Positions 55,307-63,664 of a DNA stretch of 64,000 bases are shown piece by piece. The notes under the pieces were generated by a model. It did not search any database. It was not told the DNA's origin and was given only the letters and a program-made list of their open reading frames with translations. Position numbers and translations under genes: made by a program. Origin of the DNA: an uncultured Clostridia bacterium (lineage in GTDB: Bacteria > Bacillota > Clostridia > Christensenellales > UBA1242); NCBI GenBank assembly GCA_944332315.1, contig CALVJT010000021.1:73568-137567 (forward strand). Direction: 5' to 3'. Position 1 is the stretch's first letter, and the number at the start of each line of letters is the position of its first letter.

Positions 55307-56149
55307 TTATATAATATCTTTCAAAATAGCAAAAGAATTGTATTGAGTAAAAAGATAATTTAAGTTTTTTTCCATAATAATTTTTTTTAAGTTATTGTTG
55401 CTATCGTAAACTACAAAAATTGTATATGTTTGGGAATTAATAAATTTTACAAGTTTGTACAATGGCATTGTATCTGATACAGCAATAATGCTTACATTGC
55501 AACCTTTACTAAAATTATTATGATAGTTTTTTGTAAAAATGCGCCTTTTATAAATTGCGTTTTTATTAAAATTAAATGCTCCAGTTAGCAAAAAAATTGA
55601 TGCTAACGCCATAGAGTACAAAGGCTGGATAAATAAAGAAATGATAAAAACTAAAAAGAATAGCAACGAAAGAGTTATGGCAGTTATGCTTACAATTTTT
55701 TCTGTGGTTTTTGTATCTTTATATTTGGAAATTATTGCTCTATAAACCCTACCCCCATCTAATGGGAACACTGGCAACAAATTAAATACTAAAGTAACAA
55801 AATTGGAAAACACAAATAAATCTGTGTAGTAATATGATGTGGGAAATATCCACCACAAAGCTACAAATATAATAATTAATACTAGGTTAACAAGTGGGCC
55901 TGCAACTGCGATTTTTATTTCGTCCTTAGGGGTAAAATTATCATTTTGCAAACTCAATTCGGCACCAAAGGGTAAAACTGATATTTGTTGTAATTCGTAG
56001 CCAAGGTGTTTTGCCACAACCGCATGGCCCATTTCGTGCAATAATACGGTTACAAGATAGCACAAAAATATTTCGCCTACCCCAAGAAATATTGATGCAA
56101 TACCGATTAAAAGAAATAGTGGGTGTATCCTAAACTTTAACTTTGCCAT
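55307..56149 (-). CDS. Site-2 protease family M50 (SpoIVFB-like)
   Basis: HEMGH and NLLPVFPLDGG motifs within TM helices, plus a C-terminal soluble domain. Follows an M23/LytM-like gene, as in spoIVFA-spoIVFB. Confidence 0.8.
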   Translation of the reverse strand: MAKLKFRIHPLFLLIGIASIFLGVGEIFLCYLVTVLLHEMGHAVVAKHLGYELQQISVLPFGAELSLQNDNFTPKDEIKIAVAGPLVNLVLIIIFVALWWIFPTSYYYTDLFVFSNFVTLVFNLLPVFPLDGGRVYRAIISKYKDTKTTEKIVSITAITLSLLFFLVFIISLFIQPLYSMALASIFLLTGAFNFNKNAIYKRRIFTKNYHNNFSKGCNVSIIAVSDTMPLYKLVKFINSQTYTIFVVYDSNNNLKKIIMEKNLNYLFTQYNSFAILKDII

Positions 56150-56721
56150 ATAGCATCACCACTACTTTCTATATTATCAATGATATCACTTCCTTGCTTG
56201 AGGTAATATTGAATATCCCCCAACAGCAAGGCAATTGGCTGTCCTTTTTGCACATAATCCCCAACTTTTACCCCAATACCTAACTGTCCTGAAAAAACAC
56301 TATGTAAATTGTTTCCATGGTCAATTATTAATTCGCAATTGCCATCTGTAAAATGATTAATATCTACGGTACCTGCGTAGGGAGAATACAAAATTCCACT
56401 TGCCCCCACTACAGTCATAATTCCATCGTTGTTTACTATATTATCATAATAGGCAAATTTTAAGTCGTAATCTATTGGTGTTGTTGAAACTAGACACGAG
56501 TTTTCGCCAAATAGGACATTTATTAATTTTACTCCGCTTGTATCGTCAAAAAGTTCTTCGGTGGGTTTAGTAGATTCTAAAGTAGTTTTTATGCTATCTG
56601 ATAAATTACTCCAAAAACTTTTATCAATTAGGCCTACTGATAAAATGCAGACAGCTATTGTTAATATGTAAAAAACATATTTTAATTTAATATATGTAAT
56701 TATATTTACAAATTTTTTCAT
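56137..56721 (-). CDS. Membrane-anchored M23/LytM-domain protein (SpoIVFA-like, probably degenerate)
   Basis: N-terminal TM helix. C-terminal G.V...HGNNLHSVF...V..GD.V..GQPIA LytM-like segment. Confidence 0.65.
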   Translation of the reverse strand: MKKFVNIITYIKLKYVFYILTIAVCILSVGLIDKSFWSNLSDSIKTTLESTKPTEELFDDTSGVKLINVLFGENSCLVSTTPIDYDLKFAYYDNIVNNDGIMTVVGASGILYSPYAGTVDINHFTDGNCELIIDHGNNLHSVFSGQLGIGVKVGDYVQKGQPIALLLGDIQYYLKQGSDIIDNIESSGDAIWQS

Positions 56722-56740
56722 ACAATATTTTATGCCATAA

Positions 56741-56773
56741 ATAAAAAGAATAGACTATAAAGCGCCTATTCTT
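56741..56773 (-). terminator. Terminator after minE
   Basis: AAGAATAG (56746-56753) pairs with CTATTCTT (56766-56773). A T-run follows on the minus strand. Confidence 0.5.
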
Positions 56774-56811
56774 GCATCCATTACATTAATTTTTATCTTA
56801 CATCCATTACA

Positions 56812-57066
56812 TTAATTATTATCGGGAACCAACCCTACTATTTTGATTTTTCTTGCAATAGCATTGATATTAATACAATAATCTCCATAATCATTGATAT
56901 TAATATTAACCTCAAATTCATCACTTCTTATTTCTGCATACTCTTTTATAACATTATAAATTTCGTACTTTATAACTTCGGCAAACTTATCGGGCTTAAA
57001 ATGTTTATCTACATTTAAGGCAGATTTTACCCTATCTAGGGCGTTAGTTGTTATATATTTTTGCAT
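56812..57066 (-). CDS. minE: MinE-like cell division topological specificity factor (assigned mainly by position)
   Basis: 84 aa. Overlaps the minD stop by 1 nt (TAATG). The C-terminal part resembles the MinE dimer domain, but the N-terminus is atypical. Confidence 0.5.
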   Translation of the reverse strand: MQKYITTNALDRVKSALNVDKHFKPDKFAEVIKYEIYNVIKEYAEIRSDEFEVNININDYGDYCININAIARKIKIVGLVPDNN

Positions 57067-57866
57067 TATATATTCCTTTTGATTTTTCTTTTTATATATC
57101 CCAAAATGCCCCTATAATCTTTTTGATAATTATAGATTTTATTTGTATTATATCGTATGTTATCTGCCAATTGAACAAACGCTTTGCCCGCTAATGATGC
57201 AGGATTTATAGCTTCACCTTTATTTAGCGCCAAAGATATGTTATCATCCTCGGGAATGACCCCTATTAATTCTATATCAAATAGATTGCTTATATCAGTT
57301 ACAGACAACATTTCATTGCCTGCCATAAGGTCCCCCCTTGCGCGATTTATAACTAGTTTATAGCTAAAAAGTTCGTAGGTACTTAAAATGTCTACAACTT
57401 TAGATGCATCTTTAATAGCGGAAATATGAGGCGTTGTTACTACAATTGCTTCCGAAGCGGAAAAGACAGCTCTATGAAATCCTAAATCTATCCCTGCAGG
57501 ACAATCAATGAGTATATAGTCAAAAATTGATGACAATTCATCTACCACAGATTTTATTTGATTTTTTGTAATTTTAGATGAATGGAGGCTTTGGGTGGAA
57601 GGTAAAATATATAAATACGGCTCGTTTTTATCTTGTATTAAGGCTTGTTTTAGCCTACATCGCCCTTCAATACAATCTATAATATCGTAAACAATATTTT
57701 GCTCAATGCCCATAACAACATCAAGGTTGTTTAAGCCAATATCTACATCAAGTACACAAACCTTATTTTTTGTATGAGCAAGTCTAGAACCGAGATTGGC
57801 ACATATAGTTGTTTTACCTACGCCCCCTTTACCACTTGTTATCACTAATTTTCTTGCCATTTTCAC
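57066..57866 (-). CDS. minD: Septum site-determining ATPase MinD
   Basis: Deviant Walker A SGKGGVGKTT, DCPAG, and a C-terminal amphipathic helix. SD GAGGTG. Confidence 0.92.
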   Translation of the reverse strand: MKMARKLVITSGKGGVGKTTICANLGSRLAHTKNKVCVLDVDIGLNNLDVVMGIEQNIVYDIIDCIEGRCRLKQALIQDKNEPYLYILPSTQSLHSSKITKNQIKSVVDELSSIFDYILIDCPAGIDLGFHRAVFSASEAIVVTTPHISAIKDASKVVDILSTYELFSYKLVINRARGDLMAGNEMLSVTDISNLFDIELIGVIPEDDNISLALNKGEAINPASLAGKAFVQLADNIRYNTNKIYNYQKDYRGILGYIKRKIKRNI

Positions 57867-58166
57867 CTCGTAAACAAATTATACCTTTTTATAAATGGCG
57901 AATAATGACAATTTTTGAACAATTATATAAATATATGTACTTTTTATTGGTAACTTATTGGTTCTTATTAAAAATGCATTTTATTAAATTTATAATACTT
58001 TCAAGTGCTTTTACTTATTTCATAAATAACTTTATAATTGCAATCATCAAAAAATTATCAAATTTTATAATTGGTATTTGCATGAATCCAGAAAAACTTA
58101 TTAAACGCTATGAGTGGGTTCTAGTGTATTTGATTTAGGAATCCAACTAGGCGCAGAATATTATAT

Positions 58167-58194
58167 ACATTACCTATAAAAAACACGGAACAAG
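58167..58194 (-). terminator. Terminator after the mreB-like gene
   Basis: ACACGGAA (58174-58181) pairs with TTCCGTGT (58187-58194). A T6 run follows on the minus strand. Confidence 0.65.
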
Positions 58195-58221
58195 TTTCCG
58201 TGTCAGTAATTAATTATTTAA

Positions 58222-59172
58222 TTAACTCAATGCCCCTTCTACAGTGGCTATAGCAGGAGAATCTAAAATATATACATCCGTATTTAGTTTAGATTGGGCG
58301 TATTTTTCAAATCCTATAATTTCGCATCCTAGTCCTGAAAAAAATATGCCCGTACTTCGAACTGTATCTTGATATTCTTTATCTAAAGAATTGAGAAATA
58401 CATTGACCCCTTCTAGAATTCTATCGTAGCACACTATTAATGCATCGTAAATATCTTGGCTAGAAATAGATAATTCTTGCCATACCGAATTTGTAAGATT
58501 AAAGGCATTTACTTTTGTGGTTGTTGCATCTGTAGAATACAAACTTGCTATGCTTTCCTTAACTCTTTCTATTTCTGCTCTTGGGATAGATAAATTATAT
58601 CGGTATTTGATTAATTCATAGATGCTTAAATCTATCATTTCACCGCCCAGCGAAAGACTTATTGCATCAACAACCTTTCGTACAGTTGTCAAGCCAATTT
58701 CGGTTTTGCCTGCGCCAATATCTACGACAAAATATGGTCTAGACATATCGGAATCTAGCAACTTGCAAATACAACATAGCTGTGGACGCAAAGTGATGGC
58801 TGAAACTCCGCACGCGTTGAGTAATTTTACAAATTCATTGATTTGTGCTTGCGTTGCACAAGATGGAATACAAAGTATGAGTTCTAGTTGTTTTCGTTTA
58901 GTTTTATTGCCGACTAACATTTCTAGCACATTATCTAGCAAAAGCTTTGCACAGTGGTAATCTGAAATTATACCATTTTTTATAGGCTGAACTAATTTTT
59001 CGTCCTCGCCAAGTTGAGCACTCATCTCTATAGCAGTTTTGCCAAATGAAATTATGGTAGGTTTGTTATTTTTTACTTTTGCAACTACTATGCTTGGCTC
59101 ATAAAAAAGCAAACCTTGCTCAACATCATAAACTTTGATATGCGATGTACCTAATTCTATAGACATAGTCAT
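58222..59172 (-). CDS. Divergent MreB-like actin homologue
   Basis: ELGTSHIKVY, EPSIVV, PIKNGIISDY, VVDIGAGKTEI and GGEMID align with MreB landmarks, but the nucleotide-binding motifs diverge. SD GAGGTG precedes ATG 59172. Confidence 0.7.
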   Translation of the reverse strand: MTMSIELGTSHIKVYDVEQGLLFYEPSIVVAKVKNNKPTIISFGKTAIEMSAQLGEDEKLVQPIKNGIISDYHCAKLLLDNVLEMLVGNKTKRKQLELILCIPSCATQAQINEFVKLLNACGVSAITLRPQLCCICKLLDSDMSRPYFVVDIGAGKTEIGLTTVRKVVDAISLSLGGEMIDLSIYELIKYRYNLSIPRAEIERVKESIASLYSTDATTTKVNAFNLTNSVWQELSISSQDIYDALIVCYDRILEGVNVFLNSLDKEYQDTVRSTGIFFSGLGCEIIGFEKYAQSKLNTDVYILDSPAIATVEGALS

Positions 59173-59206
59173 ATCTCTCACCTCAAAAATATTTTTCCTG
59201 TGTTAA

Positions 59207-60721
59207 TTATAAAATTTCGAGATATTTGTTAAATGCTTTCTTAAAATTTTTGGAAGCATGTAGTGCATACTTAATTTCGAAGCTTACATCGGCTTCGGCA
59301 GATGTTTTCATAATGACAGAATCGCCCAAAACATCGCAAGATAGGTCATTGATTTCTCCATTTTCGGTAATATCAAGGCCTATGGCAATACTCAAAATAG
59401 CTGATAACTTTTTCATGGCATCAAGGTCATTTTCATCTAATATTTCCTTGTACTTAACCCATTCTGCAAGATTAAAACTATCGGCATCTACATTTTGCGC
59501 TATAAAAGCTGCTAGCAATTGCTCCTTATGCGTAGCACCATATATAGTACTACTTAAAATGACATTGTATGTGTTTTTATATAAATTACTAAAATTAATA
59601 ATTTCGCCACATCTATATAGTGTGGAAGCAATTCTTAATGACTTTAGGTAGGTTCTAGGTAGTTTGTGCAGAACTTTTAATTGCTTAAAAATGAGTACGG
59701 CTAAATCGCAAACTTTTTGTCCATTTTTTCTGCTACACTGATATTGTGATTGCAGAGTATCTAAACTTAATTGCATAATATCGGCAACAGGTTTTTCTAG
59801 TGTTATTGGTAATGCCAAATTAAATAACAACCCTTCGGTTAAGCCGTGCGTAGAAAAGGCTATTTCGTACTCATCTTGCAAATCAAAAATAGCTTTATAA
59901 ATGCTCATTCCACCAGCAAAAACATCAGCCCTATCGTTGGATATGCCTTTTATGCGCTTTGTACTATCGACATCCAAAGTTTTAATAACCTTATAAACAT
60001 CGTTATAGTTTTGACTATCTATTATATAGTTATGCTGAATATCCAAAGGATATTTTTTTACTTTAAGGCACAACTTATATAAAGCAGTTGCCATTCTACC
60101 AACGCAAACAAATTTATATCCGCTAGAAAAATCTGATACAATATCATAATCAACAAGCTGTGAAGCAAAAAACTCCACCATTTGCTCGTGAGTTTCTTGT
60201 GGCGTGAACTCTGGGTTGACAAATAATTTAGATAGAGATTCGGCACCGATAGGTATACAAATTTGAGTTAGGATACTCCTTCTAAAATACTTTATTATAT
60301 TGGTACAATCATCCTGTACATCAATAATTATTCCACGAGGTATATCCAATGAATTTATGATGCCCATATAGGTAGCAGTCATTTCATCCTCAAGCGTCAA
60401 CACCCTAAAACGCAAACCACTGGCAGATTCTAACTCATCGATAAAACTTACTTGATTTTTTGCTTTAGATACAAAATTTAGTACATATGCCGATATATTC
60501 TCTACCCCGCGTTTTTCGCACATACGCTTATACATTTTAAGAATTCTTATGACTTCCATACTAGATAGATTTTTGATTAAGCCACCATCTGGGATATCTA
60601 TCATAAGGTCAACCGCTTCCTCTAATTGGTCATAAATATAAAAACTTTTATCTTGCTCGACATTAGCAAAAATAAGTTTAATTGTCTTCGGTCCAACAAT
60701 GATCATAGCCACTTTATTCAA
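59207..60721 (-). CDS. Ppx/GppA family phosphatase (exopolyphosphatase / pppGpp phosphohydrolase-like)
   Basis: ASKHA-fold N-terminal half (family-typical layout) followed by a helical HD-like C-terminal half. TTG start preceded by GAGGTG. Confidence 0.65.
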   Translation of the reverse strand: MNKVAMIIVGPKTIKLIFANVEQDKSFYIYDQLEEAVDLMIDIPDGGLIKNLSSMEVIRILKMYKRMCEKRGVENISAYVLNFVSKAKNQVSFIDELESASGLRFRVLTLEDEMTATYMGIINSLDIPRGIIIDVQDDCTNIIKYFRRSILTQICIPIGAESLSKLFVNPEFTPQETHEQMVEFFASQLVDYDIVSDFSSGYKFVCVGRMATALYKLCLKVKKYPLDIQHNYIIDSQNYNDVYKVIKTLDVDSTKRIKGISNDRADVFAGGMSIYKAIFDLQDEYEIAFSTHGLTEGLLFNLALPITLEKPVADIMQLSLDTLQSQYQCSRKNGQKVCDLAVLIFKQLKVLHKLPRTYLKSLRIASTLYRCGEIINFSNLYKNTYNVILSSTIYGATHKEQLLAAFIAQNVDADSFNLAEWVKYKEILDENDLDAMKKLSAILSIAIGLDITENGEINDLSCDVLGDSVIMKTSAEADVSFEIKYALHASKNFKKAFNKYLEIL

Positions 60722-60736
60722 TCTAACACCTCTAAT

Positions 60737-60907
60737 TTATTCTTCTATCTTAATAGCAAGTACAGGACAAGTATTTTGGCAAGCACAGCACTTAATGCAT
60801 ATATTTTTATCTATAACAGGTTGCCCATTTTCGTCCATAGAAATGGCACCTACTGGGCATACTGCTGCACAAGAACCACATTTTATACATTTTTCGTAAT
60901 CTATCAT
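60737..60907 (-). CDS. 2x[4Fe-4S] ferredoxin (56 aa; absent from the supplied ORF track)
   Basis: Manual translation gives MIDYEKCIKCGSCAAVCPVGAISMDENGQPVIDKNICIKCCACQNTCPVLAIKIEE, with two CxxCxxCxxxCP motifs. SD AAGGAG lies 7 nt upstream. Confidence 0.85.
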   Translation of the reverse strand: MIDYEKCIKCGSCAAVCPVGAISMDENGQPVIDKNICIKCCACQNTCPVLAIKIEE

Positions 60908-60978
60908 ATTAAGCTCCTTTATGATTATAACATAAAATTAAAACCTATGCAATAGTTTGATTAAAATATAATTTACAA

Positions 60979-61377
60979 TTAAAATGCCGATTTAATTAGT
61001 TCTATTTTATCATTAACTATTTGCACAACATCAAAGCGAATTAAGTCATCAAGCTCTGGATGCATTAGAATGTACTGAGATGCTACCATTTTTATTTTAT
61101 TGCGTTTATGCTCCTCCACCGCTTCTGATGGAAGCCCATACACTGTATTAGTGCGATATTTTACCTCTACAAATACAATAAAATTGCCGTCCATAGCTAT
61201 GATATCTACTTCGCCATAACGAATTTTATAATTAGTTTCCAAAATTTTATAGTGTTGCTTTTTTAGGAATTTAACGGCCAGTTTTTCGCCGTAATCACCA
61301 ATTTGTTTGTTGGTATGTTTGCCATCTTGTTTAGGCTTAGTTAGTTTATTAAATATTTTTAAGCCCATTTTTTGCAT
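60979..61377 (-). CDS. yraN: YraN family (UPF0102) endonuclease-like protein
   Basis: GE..A..FL...Y.IL..NY....GEVDIIA......VFVEVKYR signature. Confidence 0.85.
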   Translation of the reverse strand: MQKMGLKIFNKLTKPKQDGKHTNKQIGDYGEKLAVKFLKKQHYKILETNYKIRYGEVDIIAMDGNFIVFVEVKYRTNTVYGLPSEAVEEHKRNKIKMVASQYILMHPELDDLIRFDVVQIVNDKIELIKSAF

Positions 61378-62227
61378 CCTCTATGTTATCAAGAATTATT
61401 TTGCCAAGACGACCTTTTCGAAAATCATCTATAATAGACTTAGCCCCACGGGTGTAATCTATTTCATTCCCACGAAGTTTGAACCCACGATTTATACAAA
61501 TTTCGTCAAAAATAGTAATCGTTTCATCATCTGCACAAGATTTAAGTGCGTATCTCTGCTTAAGGTTTTCAAAAAAAGTCTTTTTTATATCCTCTATAAA
61601 AGCATAGCCCAACTCCTCAATATCCAAAACCTCATCCTTAATACTGCCGATATAGGCTAAATTTAATGCCACTTTTTTATCGGCAAAAGACGGCCACAAT
61701 GTGCCCGGTGTATCCAAAATTTCGTAATCGGAATTGATTTTTACCCATTGGTTTGCGCGAGTAACCCCTGCTTTGTTACCCGTTTCGGTTTTTTTATTAG
61801 CACATACATTGTTTATTAAAGTGCTTTTGCCACAATTGGGCACACCAATAACCATAAATCGTAATGGTAGATGCACGCCCTTAGCCTTATTCCTTTGTAT
61901 TTTATCCTTTAATAAAATTTGCATTTTTGATAAGACCATTTTTGTGGCATTAGTTATGGTTGAATTCAGCATAATAGATTCATAACCATAATGCGCAAAT
62001 AAGTTGACCCATTCGTTTAACAAATTCTCCTCGACTAAATCGGCTTTATTTAGGACAAGCAATGCTGGTTTATTGCCTATTAACTCTTTGTATTTAGGGT
62101 TTATACACGAATAAGGTGCCCTAGCATCTAAAACATAAACTATGGCATCAACTAATTTTACGGTTTTTTGCATTTCTCTCAATGCTTTATCCATATGCCC
62201 TGGATACCACTGAATTACCATAATCAT
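61349..62227 (-). CDS. rbgA: Ribosome biogenesis GTPase A (YlqF/RbgA)
   Basis: Circularly permuted GTPase: NKADL (G4) precedes GVPNCGKSTLIN (G1) and DTPG (G3). N-terminal WYPGHM. Confidence 0.92.
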   Translation of the reverse strand: MIMVIQWYPGHMDKALREMQKTVKLVDAIVYVLDARAPYSCINPKYKELIGNKPALLVLNKADLVEENLLNEWVNLFAHYGYESIMLNSTITNATKMVLSKMQILLKDKIQRNKAKGVHLPLRFMVIGVPNCGKSTLINNVCANKKTETGNKAGVTRANQWVKINSDYEILDTPGTLWPSFADKKVALNLAYIGSIKDEVLDIEELGYAFIEDIKKTFFENLKQRYALKSCADDETITIFDEICINRGFKLRGNEIDYTRGAKSIIDDFRKGRLGKIILDNIEDAKNGLKNI

Positions 62228-62892
62228 TCCCCTAGCAAATCTGGTCTAACTAATTTAGTCTTTTCCAACTGCTTTTCTTTTTTCCATTTATCAATTTCTT
62301 GATGGTTGCCAGATAGCAAAACTTCTGGCACGCGCATTCCCTGAAATTCCGCAGGTCGAGTGTATTGTGGATGTTCAAGCAAATTGCCTTCAAAGCTATC
62401 GTTTTTGGTGGATTCGGCATTGCTTAGAACATTTGGGAGTAAACGAATTACCGAATCGGCTATTACCATTGCTGGCAGTTCGCCATTAGTCAGCACATAG
62501 TCACCAATGCTAATTTCCATATCCACGCGCGAGTCTATTACTCGTTGGTCGATGCCTTCATAGTGCCCACAGACAAAAATTAAATGTGGTTTATCCTTTA
62601 GCATTTTAGCCACGCTTTGAGTAAACGGTCTACCCGATGGCGTTACATATATGACAAATGAGTTTTTATCTTTAACTGAATCGATGCAATCGCAAAGTGG
62701 TTGAGGCATCATAAGCATACCCTCTCCTCCACCAAATACATAGTCGTCAACCTTTTTGTGTTTATCCAAGGAAAAATCTCGGATATTAATACAGTTGATA
62801 TCAACTATTTTATTGGTTATTGCCCTACCGATGATACTGCTGTTGAGGGCGGAAAACATCTCGGGGAAAAGGGTCAAAAAATCAATCTTCAT
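62224..62892 (-). CDS. trmD: tRNA (guanine37-N1)-methyltransferase
   Basis: MKIDFLTLFPEMF..., YVFGGGEGM, CGHYEGIDQRV and LSGNH. Confidence 0.95.
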   Translation of the reverse strand: MKIDFLTLFPEMFSALNSSIIGRAITNKIVDINCINIRDFSLDKHKKVDDYVFGGGEGMLMMPQPLCDCIDSVKDKNSFVIYVTPSGRPFTQSVAKMLKDKPHLIFVCGHYEGIDQRVIDSRVDMEISIGDYVLTNGELPAMVIADSVIRLLPNVLSNAESTKNDSFEGNLLEHPQYTRPAEFQGMRVPEVLLSGNHQEIDKWKKEKQLEKTKLVRPDLLGE

Positions 62893-63400
62893 CTACCAAC
62901 ACTTCCATAAGCTTATCCTTATCAACATAGATAACTTTTTTATCTATATCTACATCATCGACAACTTTTTCAAGAAATGGGAAAAGATACTCTTTATCAT
63001 CTTTTTGCATTGTTATGGTGTTTATTTGAGAATATTCGTCCACAGCTGTTACAGTGCCAAAATGTTCATTATCTAAATTAGATACCACATCACAGCCAAT
63101 CAAATCATCTATATAGTACTCGCCACTGTCAAGCACGGCAAGTTGAGTTTTATCAACATAAAGCAACTGATTTCTCAGTTCCTCTGCTTGGTTTGCGCTA
63201 TCAATACCCTCAAACTTAACTACAACAAAGCCATCTTGCAACCTGCAATCTTGTATATCAACTTTTTTATGCTCATCACCTATATAAAGGTATTTATAAG
63301 TTAAATATTGCATTGCATCTCTAGTTATTGGAGCTACCCTCACCTCGCCTTTAAGTGCTTGAGGTTTTAGAATCTTTCCAATAATGGTATAATCTTTCAC
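62882..63400 (-). CDS. rimM: 16S rRNA processing protein RimM
   Basis: IGKILKPQALKGEVRV N-terminus and a PRC-barrel C-domain. GTG start overlaps the khpA stop. Confidence 0.9.
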   Translation of the reverse strand: MKDYTIIGKILKPQALKGEVRVAPITRDAMQYLTYKYLYIGDEHKKVDIQDCRLQDGFVVVKFEGIDSANQAEELRNQLLYVDKTQLAVLDSGEYYIDDLIGCDVVSNLDNEHFGTVTAVDEYSQINTITMQKDDKEYLFPFLEKVVDDVDIDKKVIYVDKDKLMEVLVDED

Positions 63401-63639
63401 TTTCTATCGTCCTCGTTAATTTTTAATACATAGTTTTGTTTGTTGTACGCATTGATAGCGGTTACGAGCGTATCCAAAGCTTGAATTGTTTTGCCTTGAT
63501 GCCCGATAACTCTGCCCACATCGTGTGGATCTACTGTAATGTAAAAAATGCCGTTTTTGCCTTTATCCTCATAACGAACGCTAACTGAATCTGCATTTTT
63601 TGCTAATTCTTTTATAAAACTTTCTACTAAATCAATCAT
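63397..63639 (-). CDS. khpA: KH-domain RNA-binding protein (YlqC/KhpA)
   Basis: 80 aa. GRVIGHQGKTIQAL KH motif. Lies between rpsP and rimM. Confidence 0.88.
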   Translation of the reverse strand: MIDLVESFIKELAKNADSVSVRYEDKGKNGIFYITVDPHDVGRVIGHQGKTIQALDTLVTAINAYNKQNYVLKINEDDRK

Positions 63640-63664
63640 AAATAATTCCTATATTTTATAAAAC

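Noticed and set aside
57809-58138. 109-aa ORF in the gap upstream of minD
   Set aside because: It begins inside the minD coding region on the opposite strand. It is extremely AT-rich with Phe/Ile/Lys/Tyr-dominated low complexity, and it has no SD.
60626-60955. Plus-strand ORFs 60626-60955 and 60699-60899
   Set aside because: They are antisense to the ferredoxin ORF, which has two canonical 4Fe-4S motifs and a good SD, and to the start of the Ppx-like gene.
1616-63076. About 60 ORFs of 60-185 aa in the supplied track lie antisense to, or out of frame within, the long conserved genes. Examples are 1616-1831, 2405-2725, 5429-5656, 9716-10099, 12715-13035, 33507-33825, 38799-39551, 41795-42349, 48190-48630, 59226-59651 and 62701-63076.
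   Set aside because: Each is fully embedded in a gene with strong family signatures on the other strand or frame. They lack SD sequences, and their translations are low-complexity or hydrophobic strings typical of antisense AT-rich DNA.
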